This document shows, piece by piece, positions 43,274 through 54,654 of a stretch of DNA of 64,000 nucleotides. The position numbers were made by a program, and so were the translations under genes. The notes under the pieces were generated by a model, which was given only the letters and a program-made list of their open reading frames with translations, did not search any database and was not told where the DNA came from. The stretch covers positions 414,146 through 478,145 of the forward strand of contig CAXXGM010000007.1 in NCBI GenBank assembly GCA_963677325.2. Reading direction: 5' to 3'. Position 1 is the first letter of the stretch. Every line of letters starts with the position of its first letter. The stretch is from Prolixibacteraceae bacterium (GTDB lineage Bacteria; Bacteroidota; Bacteroidia; Bacteroidales; Prolixibacteraceae).

Positions 43274-44344
43274 TTATCTCTTTAACAGATTGTTTTTTTT
43301 TGTTGTAAATGAGTCTATTTCGTTATTGTTTCCCAACAGCGTGATGTCAATGTCAAAATTCCTGATTTCACCTGGTTCCAGGTATTGGATGTTTTTTTTA
43401 TTTTCAGGATCTAACCGGCCTCCGACAAAACAATTGCACGGCTCCATTCCCATGACATACTCTCCTTCGCCCATTTGTTTCCACTGAGTGAAATTGAATA
43501 GCTGATTTTTATTGAAAGAGAGAGCTACTCCAATTTCAAGCTTCTTATTGATCAAAGCTGCACGGGTTTCACCATCATTATCCGAAGCAAGATCATGATA
43601 GAAAACCTGTTCAGCAAAACCGGGAGTAGGTTGCTGGCACTGATTGTATGAAGCTTCACCCTTAGCCGCTTCCTGATCTTTGGGTTTTAGTTTCAGGGTG
43701 GGGGTCACCAGCAGGGAATCCTTATCAAGTAAGGGATATCCCAAGTTAAAATGGAATAAAAGCATGAGCGGTTCCCGGTTGAATCCTAAATTTTCAACGG
43801 TGTTTTGGATGGTTATTTTATTTTCTCCGTATTTACAGATAATTTTCCTTCCGAGTCTTAAATTTTCTCCAAAAACCCGGGCTTCACGTATTTTCCCGCT
43901 GATGGTTAACACCGGGACATCGTCAATCCATTCTGTGGAGGCACATATTTCCTCTGCGGGAGTATTGGATATCCGGCCATGCAAGCCAAACGATTCACCA
44001 TTTTCTTCACAAGGGCCTCCAACATTACGCAAACCACAGGTAGTGAAAAACCCGGAATGAAAACTACGCAAAAAGCCGATGCCATTCTGATCATAGTATT
44101 GCGGAGCTACAATGCCGGTTTTGCTGATATAGCTGCAATTATACCCTTTGAATGATAATCCGGCGATGTCAAGGCACCTGTCAGCGAGAATTGTAAATAC
44201 AAGCCCCGAACCGTTGTTGACGTCGAAAGCTCTTACTCCGTCAGCTTTTCCACCCACAAGCGTATATTCCTTAATTCCAAATAGCTGGCTGAAGTCTCCT
44301 ACATATTTGAGCATCTGCCTTTTGTTTAAATTAGTTGTAGTCAT
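43274..44344 (-). CDS. Aldose-1-epimerase-like (DUF4432-type mutarotase fold) protein
   Basis: About 356-366 aa, containing 'FGLHGRISNTPAEE'. It lies downstream of GH38. The family is recalled from memory. The start could be 44344 or 44374. Confidence 0.5.
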   Translation of the reverse strand: MTTTNLNKRQMLKYVGDFSQLFGIKEYTLVGGKADGVRAFDVNNGSGLVFTILADRCLDIAGLSFKGYNCSYISKTGIVAPQYYDQNGIGFLRSFHSGFFTTCGLRNVGGPCEENGESFGLHGRISNTPAEEICASTEWIDDVPVLTISGKIREARVFGENLRLGRKIICKYGENKITIQNTVENLGFNREPLMLLFHFNLGYPLLDKDSLLVTPTLKLKPKDQEAAKGEASYNQCQQPTPGFAEQVFYHDLASDNDGETRAALINKKLEIGVALSFNKNQLFNFTQWKQMGEGEYVMGMEPCNCFVGGRLDPENKKNIQYLEPGEIRNFDIDITLLGNNNEIDSFTTKKNNLLKR

Positions 44345-44360
44345 AATTAAATTTCTTGTT

Positions 44361-47048
44361 CTATTTAATTCCAATTGTAACGATTTCGTGTGGTTTCAGA
44401 TTTATTTTGATTGAATGACCTTTGATTTCGGGAGCTAAGGCATTTTTGAGAGGAAGTTCAATCAAATTAAGCCTGTTTGCTGATTTGACCACCATGGGAA
44501 GTTTAACAGTGGCAGTTGTTTCCTTTCCCTGTGTTTCGAATAACCGGATTATAAGCTCTTCCTTTTCCTCTGACTTTTTTATCCCTGACAGCATTACATT
44601 TTCAGAAGAAACAGAAATAAATGAATCTTCTTCAGGACGGGTTGCATGATTTTTGACCAGAGCCAAAGAAGGAGGTTCGGCTGCATAAACCGGCACATTA
44701 AAGTCATCACCTTCACTCCATACATTATTTTTCCAGTCGCCCTGATGTGGATAAAGTGCATAGCTGATGTTGAATTTTCCAAGATTGGGATAGATATCCG
44801 GATTGCCTGCTGACCTCATCAGCGTCAGCCTCAAATCTCCATTATGAAAGGAATTCCCGTATTTGGACTTATTCAATAGGGCTATTCCATCTCTCCCGTC
44901 TGTCACATCAACCCATTTCTGTGCAGGGACTTCCTGTCCGTCATTGGTTTCAGGGTCAACGCCATATATTTTTGACTGGGACTTTTGGTATGAAGGGGCA
45001 TCTTTCCCATTGATTTTACCGTCAATGGGTCTTTCGATCACATCAAAAGGTACCTGGCTGTAAAAACGGGGATTTTCTACAGCCAAAGGGAACAGCGCTC
45101 TTAACATGGGAGAATCGGTGGAGTCGCTTCCGGTTTCAAGCCAGTTCACTTCCATATCGTAATCAATGCGCGGATAAGAACGGTACAGGTAAGTGCGTTC
45201 GGTAAACCTGGATTTACCCCATGTCTTAACCGTTTCGATGCAAGCTCTTACAGGTCCATTTTCTACAATCTTTACGCTTTTCACGTTGGCAACATCTTCT
45301 TCCTTTACTATTTTATTGATCACCCAGGACTTCATTCCACCTTTTTTATTTTCGAGGTAAATCTTCAACTTATTAAGCTGGCCGCCTTGTTTTACATATT
45401 CTTTATTCGAGCGTTTATCAAAAAGACTAACGATCCCACCTGTCTTCATATCAAATTTAATCCGGAAAAAATCGGTATCAAAAGTGTTATCATTAAATGG
45501 AATAGTCTTGTTGATCTCTCCCGGTTTGTTCATGTCAAGGTAAAAGGTTTTGTAACCGCAGGCCGGCATATCATCCACCACGAACTCCACTTTTGAAGTA
45601 TACCCGGGAGGAGTTGATTTTCCCCAGACTATCTGTGCAGGATAGGTTTTGCCGGAAGCATCGCGTACCAAAACCGAAGCAACAGGACCTTGTCCGTTGT
45701 CGACAGGGATAATTTTATTTGATCCGTAAAAATCGCCCCAACTGCCAATTTTAGCGGTAGCCGGTTTTTCGTTTGTAAAAACATTGGCTTCAACGATTGC
45801 TTTCCGTCCTTTAGGCTGAAGATTAAAGGCCACAACAGGCTGCCCCAATCCGGTCTGAAATTTAACCTCATCAGCCATTTTACGGAAAGCGTTGTTGCGC
45901 AGCTCGGTTGTTTTGCGAAGCGCCTCAATATACCTGGCCACGTTTTCTTTGTTGGATTCGTTAATAGCCGAGCCGGGGAGTATATCGTGAAATTGGTTGA
46001 AAGTAACAGTTTCCCAGATTTCCCTCAGTTCTTTTGACGGGTAGGTATCACCCTTCAGCCAGCGGAGGGCGTTGAAGAATTCGCTCCCGTAAAGTAGATT
46101 CTCACAACTCCGGTTCCCTTCCTTGATATCAGAAACATTGGTATAGCAGCCTTCAAAAATAAACTGCATTTCACCACGGTGGGTTGGGCGTCCGTCCATC
46201 TCTTTGGAGGCTCTTTGAAAGAAATTACCCGCCGTGGTGAATTTTACGGCTGGGTAGTCCGGTGTCTTATCAAGTTGGTGAACCATTTCTATATTTGCAC
46301 GGGTGGGGCCTCCGCCATGATCGCCAACTCCTGTGATTTGAAGTATCCGGTGTTTGTCAGGAGAGAATTTATTGACCTCATTTCTCATTTCCGGAGTAAT
46401 ATTACCATTGTAGGTGTCATTCGCATAACACAATACCCTCGATGAGTCCGGCGCTACCCACCAAAATGTCCCCAGGTATGGTTTGCAGCGGTGAAAATAG
46501 AAATAATCACAACCGGCCAATTTCAGAATTTGAGGCATTTGGGATATGTGACCAAAATTATCAGGAAGCCAGCCCACTTTAGACATCCGCCCAAAGTGGT
46601 TTTGGAAATACCGCTGTCCCAAAAGGAATGAACGGGTAATCGCTTCCCCGGAAGAAAGGTTCTCGTCGCCTTCGGTCCACATTCCTCCAACCGGCTCAAG
46701 ACGTCCTTCTTTCACATACTTTTTAACCTGTTCAAATAAAGGAGGATCCACTTTTTCCACAAAATTATAGACTGCGGCCTGGCTTTGAACCATGGTATAA
46801 TCAGGAAATTCTTTCATAAAAGCCACAACCTGACGAAGGTTGTCGTTGCACATCTGCATGGTTTCAGAATAAGTCCACAACCAGTTCATATCCATGTGGG
46901 CATGGCCAACTACCTGGATGGTGTCTTTGGTCGATTTGATTTTTGTTTGCTGTCCAAAAACTTCATTCCCTAAAAGGAAGGAACATATAATCACTGAAAT
47001 CAAGCCTGAATAAGTGACTGATGTCTGATTGATCTGATGAACTTTCAT
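44361..47048 (-). CDS. GH38 alpha-mannosidase (exported)
   Basis: 'VVGHAHMDMNWLW' and 'NQFHDILPGS' are GH38 signatures. A signal peptide follows 'MKVHQINQ'. The track ORF extends to 47144. Confidence 0.85.
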   Translation of the reverse strand: MKVHQINQTSVTYSGLISVIICSFLLGNEVFGQQTKIKSTKDTIQVVGHAHMDMNWLWTYSETMQMCNDNLRQVVAFMKEFPDYTMVQSQAAVYNFVEKVDPPLFEQVKKYVKEGRLEPVGGMWTEGDENLSSGEAITRSFLLGQRYFQNHFGRMSKVGWLPDNFGHISQMPQILKLAGCDYFYFHRCKPYLGTFWWVAPDSSRVLCYANDTYNGNITPEMRNEVNKFSPDKHRILQITGVGDHGGGPTRANIEMVHQLDKTPDYPAVKFTTAGNFFQRASKEMDGRPTHRGEMQFIFEGCYTNVSDIKEGNRSCENLLYGSEFFNALRWLKGDTYPSKELREIWETVTFNQFHDILPGSAINESNKENVARYIEALRKTTELRNNAFRKMADEVKFQTGLGQPVVAFNLQPKGRKAIVEANVFTNEKPATAKIGSWGDFYGSNKIIPVDNGQGPVASVLVRDASGKTYPAQIVWGKSTPPGYTSKVEFVVDDMPACGYKTFYLDMNKPGEINKTIPFNDNTFDTDFFRIKFDMKTGGIVSLFDKRSNKEYVKQGGQLNKLKIYLENKKGGMKSWVINKIVKEEDVANVKSVKIVENGPVRACIETVKTWGKSRFTERTYLYRSYPRIDYDMEVNWLETGSDSTDSPMLRALFPLAVENPRFYSQVPFDVIERPIDGKINGKDAPSYQKSQSKIYGVDPETNDGQEVPAQKWVDVTDGRDGIALLNKSKYGNSFHNGDLRLTLMRSAGNPDIYPNLGKFNISYALYPHQGDWKNNVWSEGDDFNVPVYAAEPPSLALVKNHATRPEEDSFISVSSENVMLSGIKKSEEKEELIIRLFETQGKETTATVKLPMVVKSANRLNLIELPLKNALAPEIKGHSIKINLKPHEIVTIGIK

Positions 47049-47405
47049 TGAAATATTTTTTGGACTATTAATTAAAATCATGACCTTCTTTTCTATAAGC
47101 AGGGGTAAAATATGTACATGCTGATTTAAATGAACTATTGGCATAATTCAAATAGTGAATGAGTTTACCGGGATGAGAATTTAAGACACAAAAATTTTCC
47201 TTATCACAGGATGTAAAAGGATTCCGGATTAATGGCTCAAAAGCATTGATGACTTCTTCTCCCATCTGTTTTAGTTAGTTAAATACAAACAGGTTAGTTA
47301 TCTCCTGTACGCAATGACAGGAATAATACAATAGTACAAAATTAAAAGATCAGGCCTACACTTTTTGGTGAGATTTATTTCTTTTAAATAATTATGTTTT
47401 TACTT

Positions 47406-47413
47406 TACCTTTG
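47406..47413 (+). promoter_or_regulatory. -7 promoter box TACCTTTG
   Basis: Matches TAnnTTTG, 78 nt before the ATG at 47491. Confidence 0.3.
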
Positions 47414-47490
47414 TTCATGAGCGAGCATAAATTTTAATCAATTCAGATGAGTATCCGTCTTTTAATTATACATTTATAATAAATAAAACA

Positions 47491-47970
47491 ATGAATGACT
47501 TTAAAGAAAACAATCAGGAGTTACTGCGTTTGGTTCAGGAATATGAACCAAAATTACTGAACCTTTCCGAAGAAGTGATAACAAAAAGAAGAAACAGCCA
47601 AAACAGATCCATCAAGCAAATATTAGGGCACATGGTGGACTCCGCTTCGAATAATATTCACCGGATCGTCCATCTCCAATATCAGCCCAGTCCTTTGATT
47701 TATCCGGATTATGCAAATCTTGGCAATAATGACAGATGGATCGCTATTCAAAATTACCAGGAAGAGAATTGGGAAGATTTGATTCAGCTATGGAAATACT
47801 CCAATTTGCACATCATCCATGTGATCAACAATGTCAATACGGAAAAACTGGATAATCCCTGGATTACAGCCTTAAACGAGAAAGTCACTTTAAAAGAAAT
47901 GATTGTTGACTATCTGTCTCATTTTAAGTTGCACATCAAAGAAATTGAGGAATTGATCAATAAAGAATGA
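47491..47970 (+). CDS. DinB/YfiT-like four-helix-bundle protein
   Basis: 159 aa with 'ILGHMVDSASNNIHR' and a late 'YLSHFKLH', matching the His-triad pattern of the DinB superfamily. Confidence 0.6.
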   Translation: MNDFKENNQELLRLVQEYEPKLLNLSEEVITKRRNSQNRSIKQILGHMVDSASNNIHRIVHLQYQPSPLIYPDYANLGNNDRWIAIQNYQEENWEDLIQLWKYSNLHIIHVINNVNTEKLDNPWITALNEKVTLKEMIVDYLSHFKLHIKEIEELINKE

Positions 47971-47991
47971 ACCCGATAGATATTTAACCTT

Positions 47992-48543
47992 ATGAAAAAC
48001 GTTACTTGCCTATTTATAATCTGCTTAACACTTGGACTTATCTCACAATCTCTTGCGCAAAATCAACGCAACAATTGTATCAGGGGTAAGGCAGAACCTA
48101 TTGTCAAGAAGTCAATCTTTCCAAAATCTAATTTCCAACTTCAGGCAGACAGCTTAACAGCAATCGAAACGGTTGACTTTAAAAATGGCGACAAATTGAC
48201 AATAAGAAACTGGGGATGTGAATACTATTGTCTGACTTTTAAATTTGAGACATCTCGTTTTCAAAAGGATACAACTAACCTTGAATTTTGGTTTAAAGTT
48301 TCTTCAAAACTGATGGCTGAAGTTCTTGAAGGAATAGATGCACCGGTTGACCTAAAAAGAGGAATTGCTTCTTTTGATGATTATATCGGAAAAGACAAGA
48401 AGAACAATTACAGGAACTTAGAACCAGGTAAAGAAATTTACTTTGGGCTTAGAGAGCCGAAGGAATTTGTAACTTTTGATAGAATTCAAAAGTTATCAGA
48501 CAAAAAATTCTTAGTAACGTTAACCTTTGCAGTCCCACTGTAA
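47992..48543 (+). CDS. Hypothetical exported protein
   Basis: Signal peptide 'LGLISQSLAQ' and no recognisable motif. Confidence 0.5.
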   Translation: MKNVTCLFIICLTLGLISQSLAQNQRNNCIRGKAEPIVKKSIFPKSNFQLQADSLTAIETVDFKNGDKLTIRNWGCEYYCLTFKFETSRFQKDTTNLEFWFKVSSKLMAEVLEGIDAPVDLKRGIASFDDYIGKDKKNNYRNLEPGKEIYFGLREPKEFVTFDRIQKLSDKKFLVTLTFAVPL

Positions 48544-48654
48544 TGTAGTAAAGATTGTCAGTGAATGTCCTGCTGCAACTTTTTATATCCAAAATGAATT
48601 TATAGTAAAGGTTGGTTCATCACCAGCTTTTACTACTTATGCAAATCAATATTT

Positions 48655-50079
48655 CTATTTCTCAGGAGCCCAATCATCAGTTCGGAAGGATGAAACGGGT
48701 AAACCATTCGTGCCGAATAAATCACCTACTGCATAATCTTTAAATGCGTATCGAACGGCAATAGGTTGCGGAACTAAAAGAGAAAGAACCTGCACTCCTG
48801 TTCCTGTAATAAATGCTTTAGCCGGATAAAATCTTTTATTAGGTCCGGCGGTTTCAAAGCAGGATAATTCTTTTCCATAAGAGGTTAAACCATTGGGAGC
48901 ATTATCAAACGTCAGATTGATGGTCTGGCCGGAGATTTTGTAATCTTTCGGCACAGGGCTTTTTCCGTCAATTCCTTTAATCTTGTATGTCTGCTCTAAG
49001 GCAAGCATTGCCAGACGTCTTGATCCGGCTGGCTTATTTGAAGGGTGAATACAATGCTCTTCGCCAAGATCCATGATGCATGCCATGCCGATATTTGGAA
49101 TGGCTGTTGAGGCCTTTAACTGCGCTTCACGAAGGTAAGCTGAACTCAGAGCGCCTGTGCCATAATCGTAAGGTGCAATCTGCACGTAGTAGAATGAGAA
49201 ATCGCCGATTCCCCATTGAACCCTCCAGTCCTCAACCAAGCCTGGCATCAATTTCTGGTATTCTGCCGGCTGACCGGCATTGGCTTCCCCCTGATACCAG
49301 ATAGCTCCACGAATGCCATATCCTACCATAGGATTAATCATGGCATTGAACAAAACCGTGGGTGTTTGCTGCGACAAGTTCCCTGTTTGTTTTTCTTCCG
49401 GCAGTTTGACCCAGTCGAATTTTTTATTGCCGCTCTTGCTGATCCATGGTTCTATCCGGGTGCCTCCCCAACTTGTATTAATCAAACCGACCGGAACATT
49501 CAAAACCTGGTTTAACATTAATCCAAAAAAGTAGGCCGTTGCACTGAACCCGGATACATTTTCCGGTTCGCATGGATTCCATTGTCCGGTAAAGTCATCA
49601 AGGGGGGTAACGCTGGTGCCCTTTTTTACAGTAAAAAGACGAATGTTGGGATTGGTGGACTGGGCAATAGCCTCTGTAGAACCTACAACCGGTTGATTAA
49701 TGAAACCCTTCACAGGCATTTCCATGTTGGATTGTCCTGAACAGACCCATACTTCTCCAAGGAGAACATTTTTGAGTTTCAGGCTTTTCCCATCACTGAT
49801 GGTGATTTCGTAAGGTCCCCCGGCTTTAATTGTGGCGACTTTCAATTTCCAGTTTCCGTCGTTACCTGACCGTGTGCTGTAACTTTTGTTATTCCAGGAG
49901 GTGGTGACTCTCACAGGAGAATTTGCTGAAGCTTTACCCCATATAGTTACATCGCTTTGCTGCTGTAACACCATGTTGTTGCAGAAGATGGATGGCAATT
50001 TTATTTCTGCCGGGAGGTTTAGTGAGGTAAAGAATCCCACCAAAGTAATCGTTAAAGCGTAAAAATACTTTCGTTTCAT
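48655..50079 (-). CDS. Sialate O-acetylesterase (SGNH/SASA family)
   Basis: Signal peptide and 'GEVWVCSGQSNME' (catalytic Ser block), plus 'GAIWYQGEAN'. Confidence 0.75.
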   Translation of the reverse strand: MKRKYFYALTITLVGFFTSLNLPAEIKLPSIFCNNMVLQQQSDVTIWGKASANSPVRVTTSWNNKSYSTRSGNDGNWKLKVATIKAGGPYEITISDGKSLKLKNVLLGEVWVCSGQSNMEMPVKGFINQPVVGSTEAIAQSTNPNIRLFTVKKGTSVTPLDDFTGQWNPCEPENVSGFSATAYFFGLMLNQVLNVPVGLINTSWGGTRIEPWISKSGNKKFDWVKLPEEKQTGNLSQQTPTVLFNAMINPMVGYGIRGAIWYQGEANAGQPAEYQKLMPGLVEDWRVQWGIGDFSFYYVQIAPYDYGTGALSSAYLREAQLKASTAIPNIGMACIMDLGEEHCIHPSNKPAGSRRLAMLALEQTYKIKGIDGKSPVPKDYKISGQTINLTFDNAPNGLTSYGKELSCFETAGPNKRFYPAKAFITGTGVQVLSLLVPQPIAVRYAFKDYAVGDLFGTNGLPVSSFRTDDWAPEK

Positions 50080-50513
50080 CTTGATTAATTATGTTTTATA
50101 ATCTGGTATAATAAAGAATCAGGGATTAAAATGTCACCACCAAAAATAATATATTTTATAACTTAATTTATTAGAAATGAACATTAAGTATATGAGATGA
50201 AATAACGTCGTATTTTAGATTGACGAATTTTATTTTAAAAATGAATTTCATTTTATTATATTATGTAAATTCTCTTTAAAAAAGCCGGGACGAACCTGGT
50301 ACGAAGCGAATACGGACTTAATACGAGGAGAGTCTATGTGAAATTTTGCTGTATTATTGTTAAATAACAAAGGGATTGCAAACTACGACAGCAATTTATT
50401 CTCATTACTTAGTTACATCGACCTGCAAGTTTATGCATATTCAAAGCCATTTTATACTATTAACTAACCACCTTATCCGAAATTGATAGTTTCACCCTCT
50501 TTTAGTTGATAGC

Positions 50514-50535
50514 TTATATCGAACTCAGGTTAATA
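50514..50535. repeat. Solo copy of the MITE terminal motif (tatatcgaactcaggttaataa)
   Basis: Matches the right end of the element at 29096-29338. Confidence 0.55.
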
Positions 50536-50574
50536 AATCAAGAGGGTGCCTTTTCGGACACCCTCTTGATTTAT
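50531..50574 (-). terminator. gyrB terminator hairpin (perfect 17-bp stem aataaatcaagagggtg/caccctcttgatttatt, 10-nt loop)
   Basis: Read directly, 19 nt downstream of the gyrB stop. Confidence 0.65.
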
Positions 50575-50592
50575 TATTTTCTTGTTTTTCAA

Positions 50593-52581
<1,989 letters not shown>

Positions 52582-52899
52582 TCAATAATCTCTCCTCATC
52601 TCAAATGGACAATATTTTGACAAAGTCAATAATATTCTTAAGAATTTAAATTATCCTTTATTTTGGGAAAGATTCTACCCACTTTAACGTGGTTTGCAAA
52701 GGTAATAAAATAGATGAAATTATCAATAAAACTGAATGTAATATTGACTGCTTTTTAATTGAAAAATAGGAATAATTTTTGCTGTTATAGCTATGAATAC
52801 CTGTAATTTAAATTTAATATGAATAAATCTTTTTTTCCGTTTTTCTTTAAAATAAAATCTTTACTTTAACTGCAGTAAACTTGAAAATTTATCTCTGGT

Positions 52900-54633
52900 T
52901 CAAAAGGAAAAAGTAATACCTGCAATTAATCTTAAACCTTGTGATGTATAACCAGTATATTGTTCATAATGTTGATTGAGCAGGTTGTCTATTCTCCCGA
53001 AGATTTTAAAATTTGATTTTAACTCATAGTCTGCTCCAACATTTAACTGATAGACAGGTTTCAGGTTTATTTTCATATTTTCACCAGGAGTTATTATTAG
53101 TCCATAACGTTCTCCTGTAACTTTCATATCAGTAAATCCCGTTATCTTGGCATTTAATCTTATTCCTGCTGTACCTTCAATATCAAAATCCGGCATTTGA
53201 GGGGCAAATGATAGATGATCAGGTGTATAGTTATAATAATTTCCTTTTAACAAAAAATAATAATCCCTGTCTTTCACATAGGACAGCTCCGCAGAGAAAT
53301 TAGTTATCCCGGTGTTATCATAGACCAGGTCAAAGGAATTGTTATAAGTGAATGGTGACGCCTGATTTATTGATCTAAGGACATAAAAATGCATGTCATT
53401 CACGTTTTCATACTTAAGTTCTACTTTGTAATTAAATTCCTTGTTGATTTTCCCTTTTAATCCTCCTGAGAGAATATATTGATGATCTTCATTTAATACA
53501 TTGTGAACAGGATTAACCCAATTGTTCTCATAAGAAATAGCTGAATAATTGCAGTTTTGAAGGTAGCCGTTGATCCCTGCATAGAGAGTCAGAATGTCTT
53601 TTACCGGACTAAAAGTAAATTCAATTTTTGGATATAATTTTATATCATCCTCACCAACCAGATTTGAACCTACGGAGTAAAGACTAAATCCTCCGCTGAA
53701 TACCCAATTTTCACCTGAGAATTGTGCTGAAGGAGCCAACTTTAACAAACCGACGCTTTTATTATCTATTGTATTAATTGTCGTATCAAGAAGCCCGTTG
53801 GTCGTATAATGTTCATAAGAAGTTTCCAGTATTCCTTTAAATTTTTCAAATTGATAATTAAAATCAGCTGATAAACCAATTGCTTTCTCTTGTTGTCCTG
53901 TTTTTGAATCAAAAAAATGATACCATAATCCGCTTTTATATTTTAAAAGGTTTTTGCTGTCATCATTGCTTTTAAGCCCAACCTGAATTTTTGCTTTCTG
54001 GAATTGCTGCTTCTCCCCCAATAAAGGTGGTTTTAAAGACGAAAAGACTGGAATAACATCCGGATATCCATAGTATCTGAATACATCCCTGTCATACGAC
54101 AAATTTCCTGATAAGGTAGAGCCTCCGATTATCTGGTTCCCATAAATTTCACCTTTGTTATTGCTATAGGGAGAATCAACAATATCACCTTTGGAGAGCT
54201 TCGTAGTTCCTTGTGAAGAAAAATGCTTCAGGTGTAAACCATAAGATCCATTTTTACATTTGTTATTACTCAGAAAAAAATCACCATATGTGCTGTTGTA
54301 CATGCCTGCACCTAATTTTAGGTAGCCTATTCCATTATTTTGGTCTGCTTCAGCCTTAAGCTCCTGTATGCTAACAGGTCCGGATTTAAATGCTGAAGAA
54401 ATTGGTCTGCTGTCAATGGAATAATTGAATTCAGGAGTAAATCTGGCCGTGTCTTCAATGACCGGTAATTGATTTAATTTATTAGCTGTTGAAATATTTG
54501 GACGGTAAGGTTTGATTACCTCTACCTCCTTGTTCAGTTTAGTGGTATCTTTTTGACCGAAAACATGGTTTATATGGATGACAAAAGATAACAGAATCAA
54601 AATGAATATTTGGGAATATATTTTTTTCATCAT
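52900..54633 (-). CDS. Outer-membrane beta-barrel protein (putative-porin type)
   Basis: Signal peptide, alternating beta-strand pattern rich in Y/G/N, and a C-terminal 'LIAGITFSF' beta-signal ending in Phe. Confidence 0.6.
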   Translation of the reverse strand: MMKKIYSQIFILILLSFVIHINHVFGQKDTTKLNKEVEVIKPYRPNISTANKLNQLPVIEDTARFTPEFNYSIDSRPISSAFKSGPVSIQELKAEADQNNGIGYLKLGAGMYNSTYGDFFLSNNKCKNGSYGLHLKHFSSQGTTKLSKGDIVDSPYSNNKGEIYGNQIIGGSTLSGNLSYDRDVFRYYGYPDVIPVFSSLKPPLLGEKQQFQKAKIQVGLKSNDDSKNLLKYKSGLWYHFFDSKTGQQEKAIGLSADFNYQFEKFKGILETSYEHYTTNGLLDTTINTIDNKSVGLLKLAPSAQFSGENWVFSGGFSLYSVGSNLVGEDDIKLYPKIEFTFSPVKDILTLYAGINGYLQNCNYSAISYENNWVNPVHNVLNEDHQYILSGGLKGKINKEFNYKVELKYENVNDMHFYVLRSINQASPFTYNNSFDLVYDNTGITNFSAELSYVKDRDYYFLLKGNYYNYTPDHLSFAPQMPDFDIEGTAGIRLNAKITGFTDMKVTGERYGLIITPGENMKINLKPVYQLNVGADYELKSNFKIFGRIDNLLNQHYEQYTGYTSQGLRLIAGITFSF

Positions 54634-54654
54634 TGCTTAAATTTAGTTCTCAGT

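Noticed and set aside
47068-47265. A 65-aa minus-strand ORF, and the 32-codon N-terminal extension of the GH38 ORF.
   Set aside because: The GH38 signal peptide begins at 'MKVHQINQ' (47048). The upstream ORF has no support and overlaps the likely promoter region.
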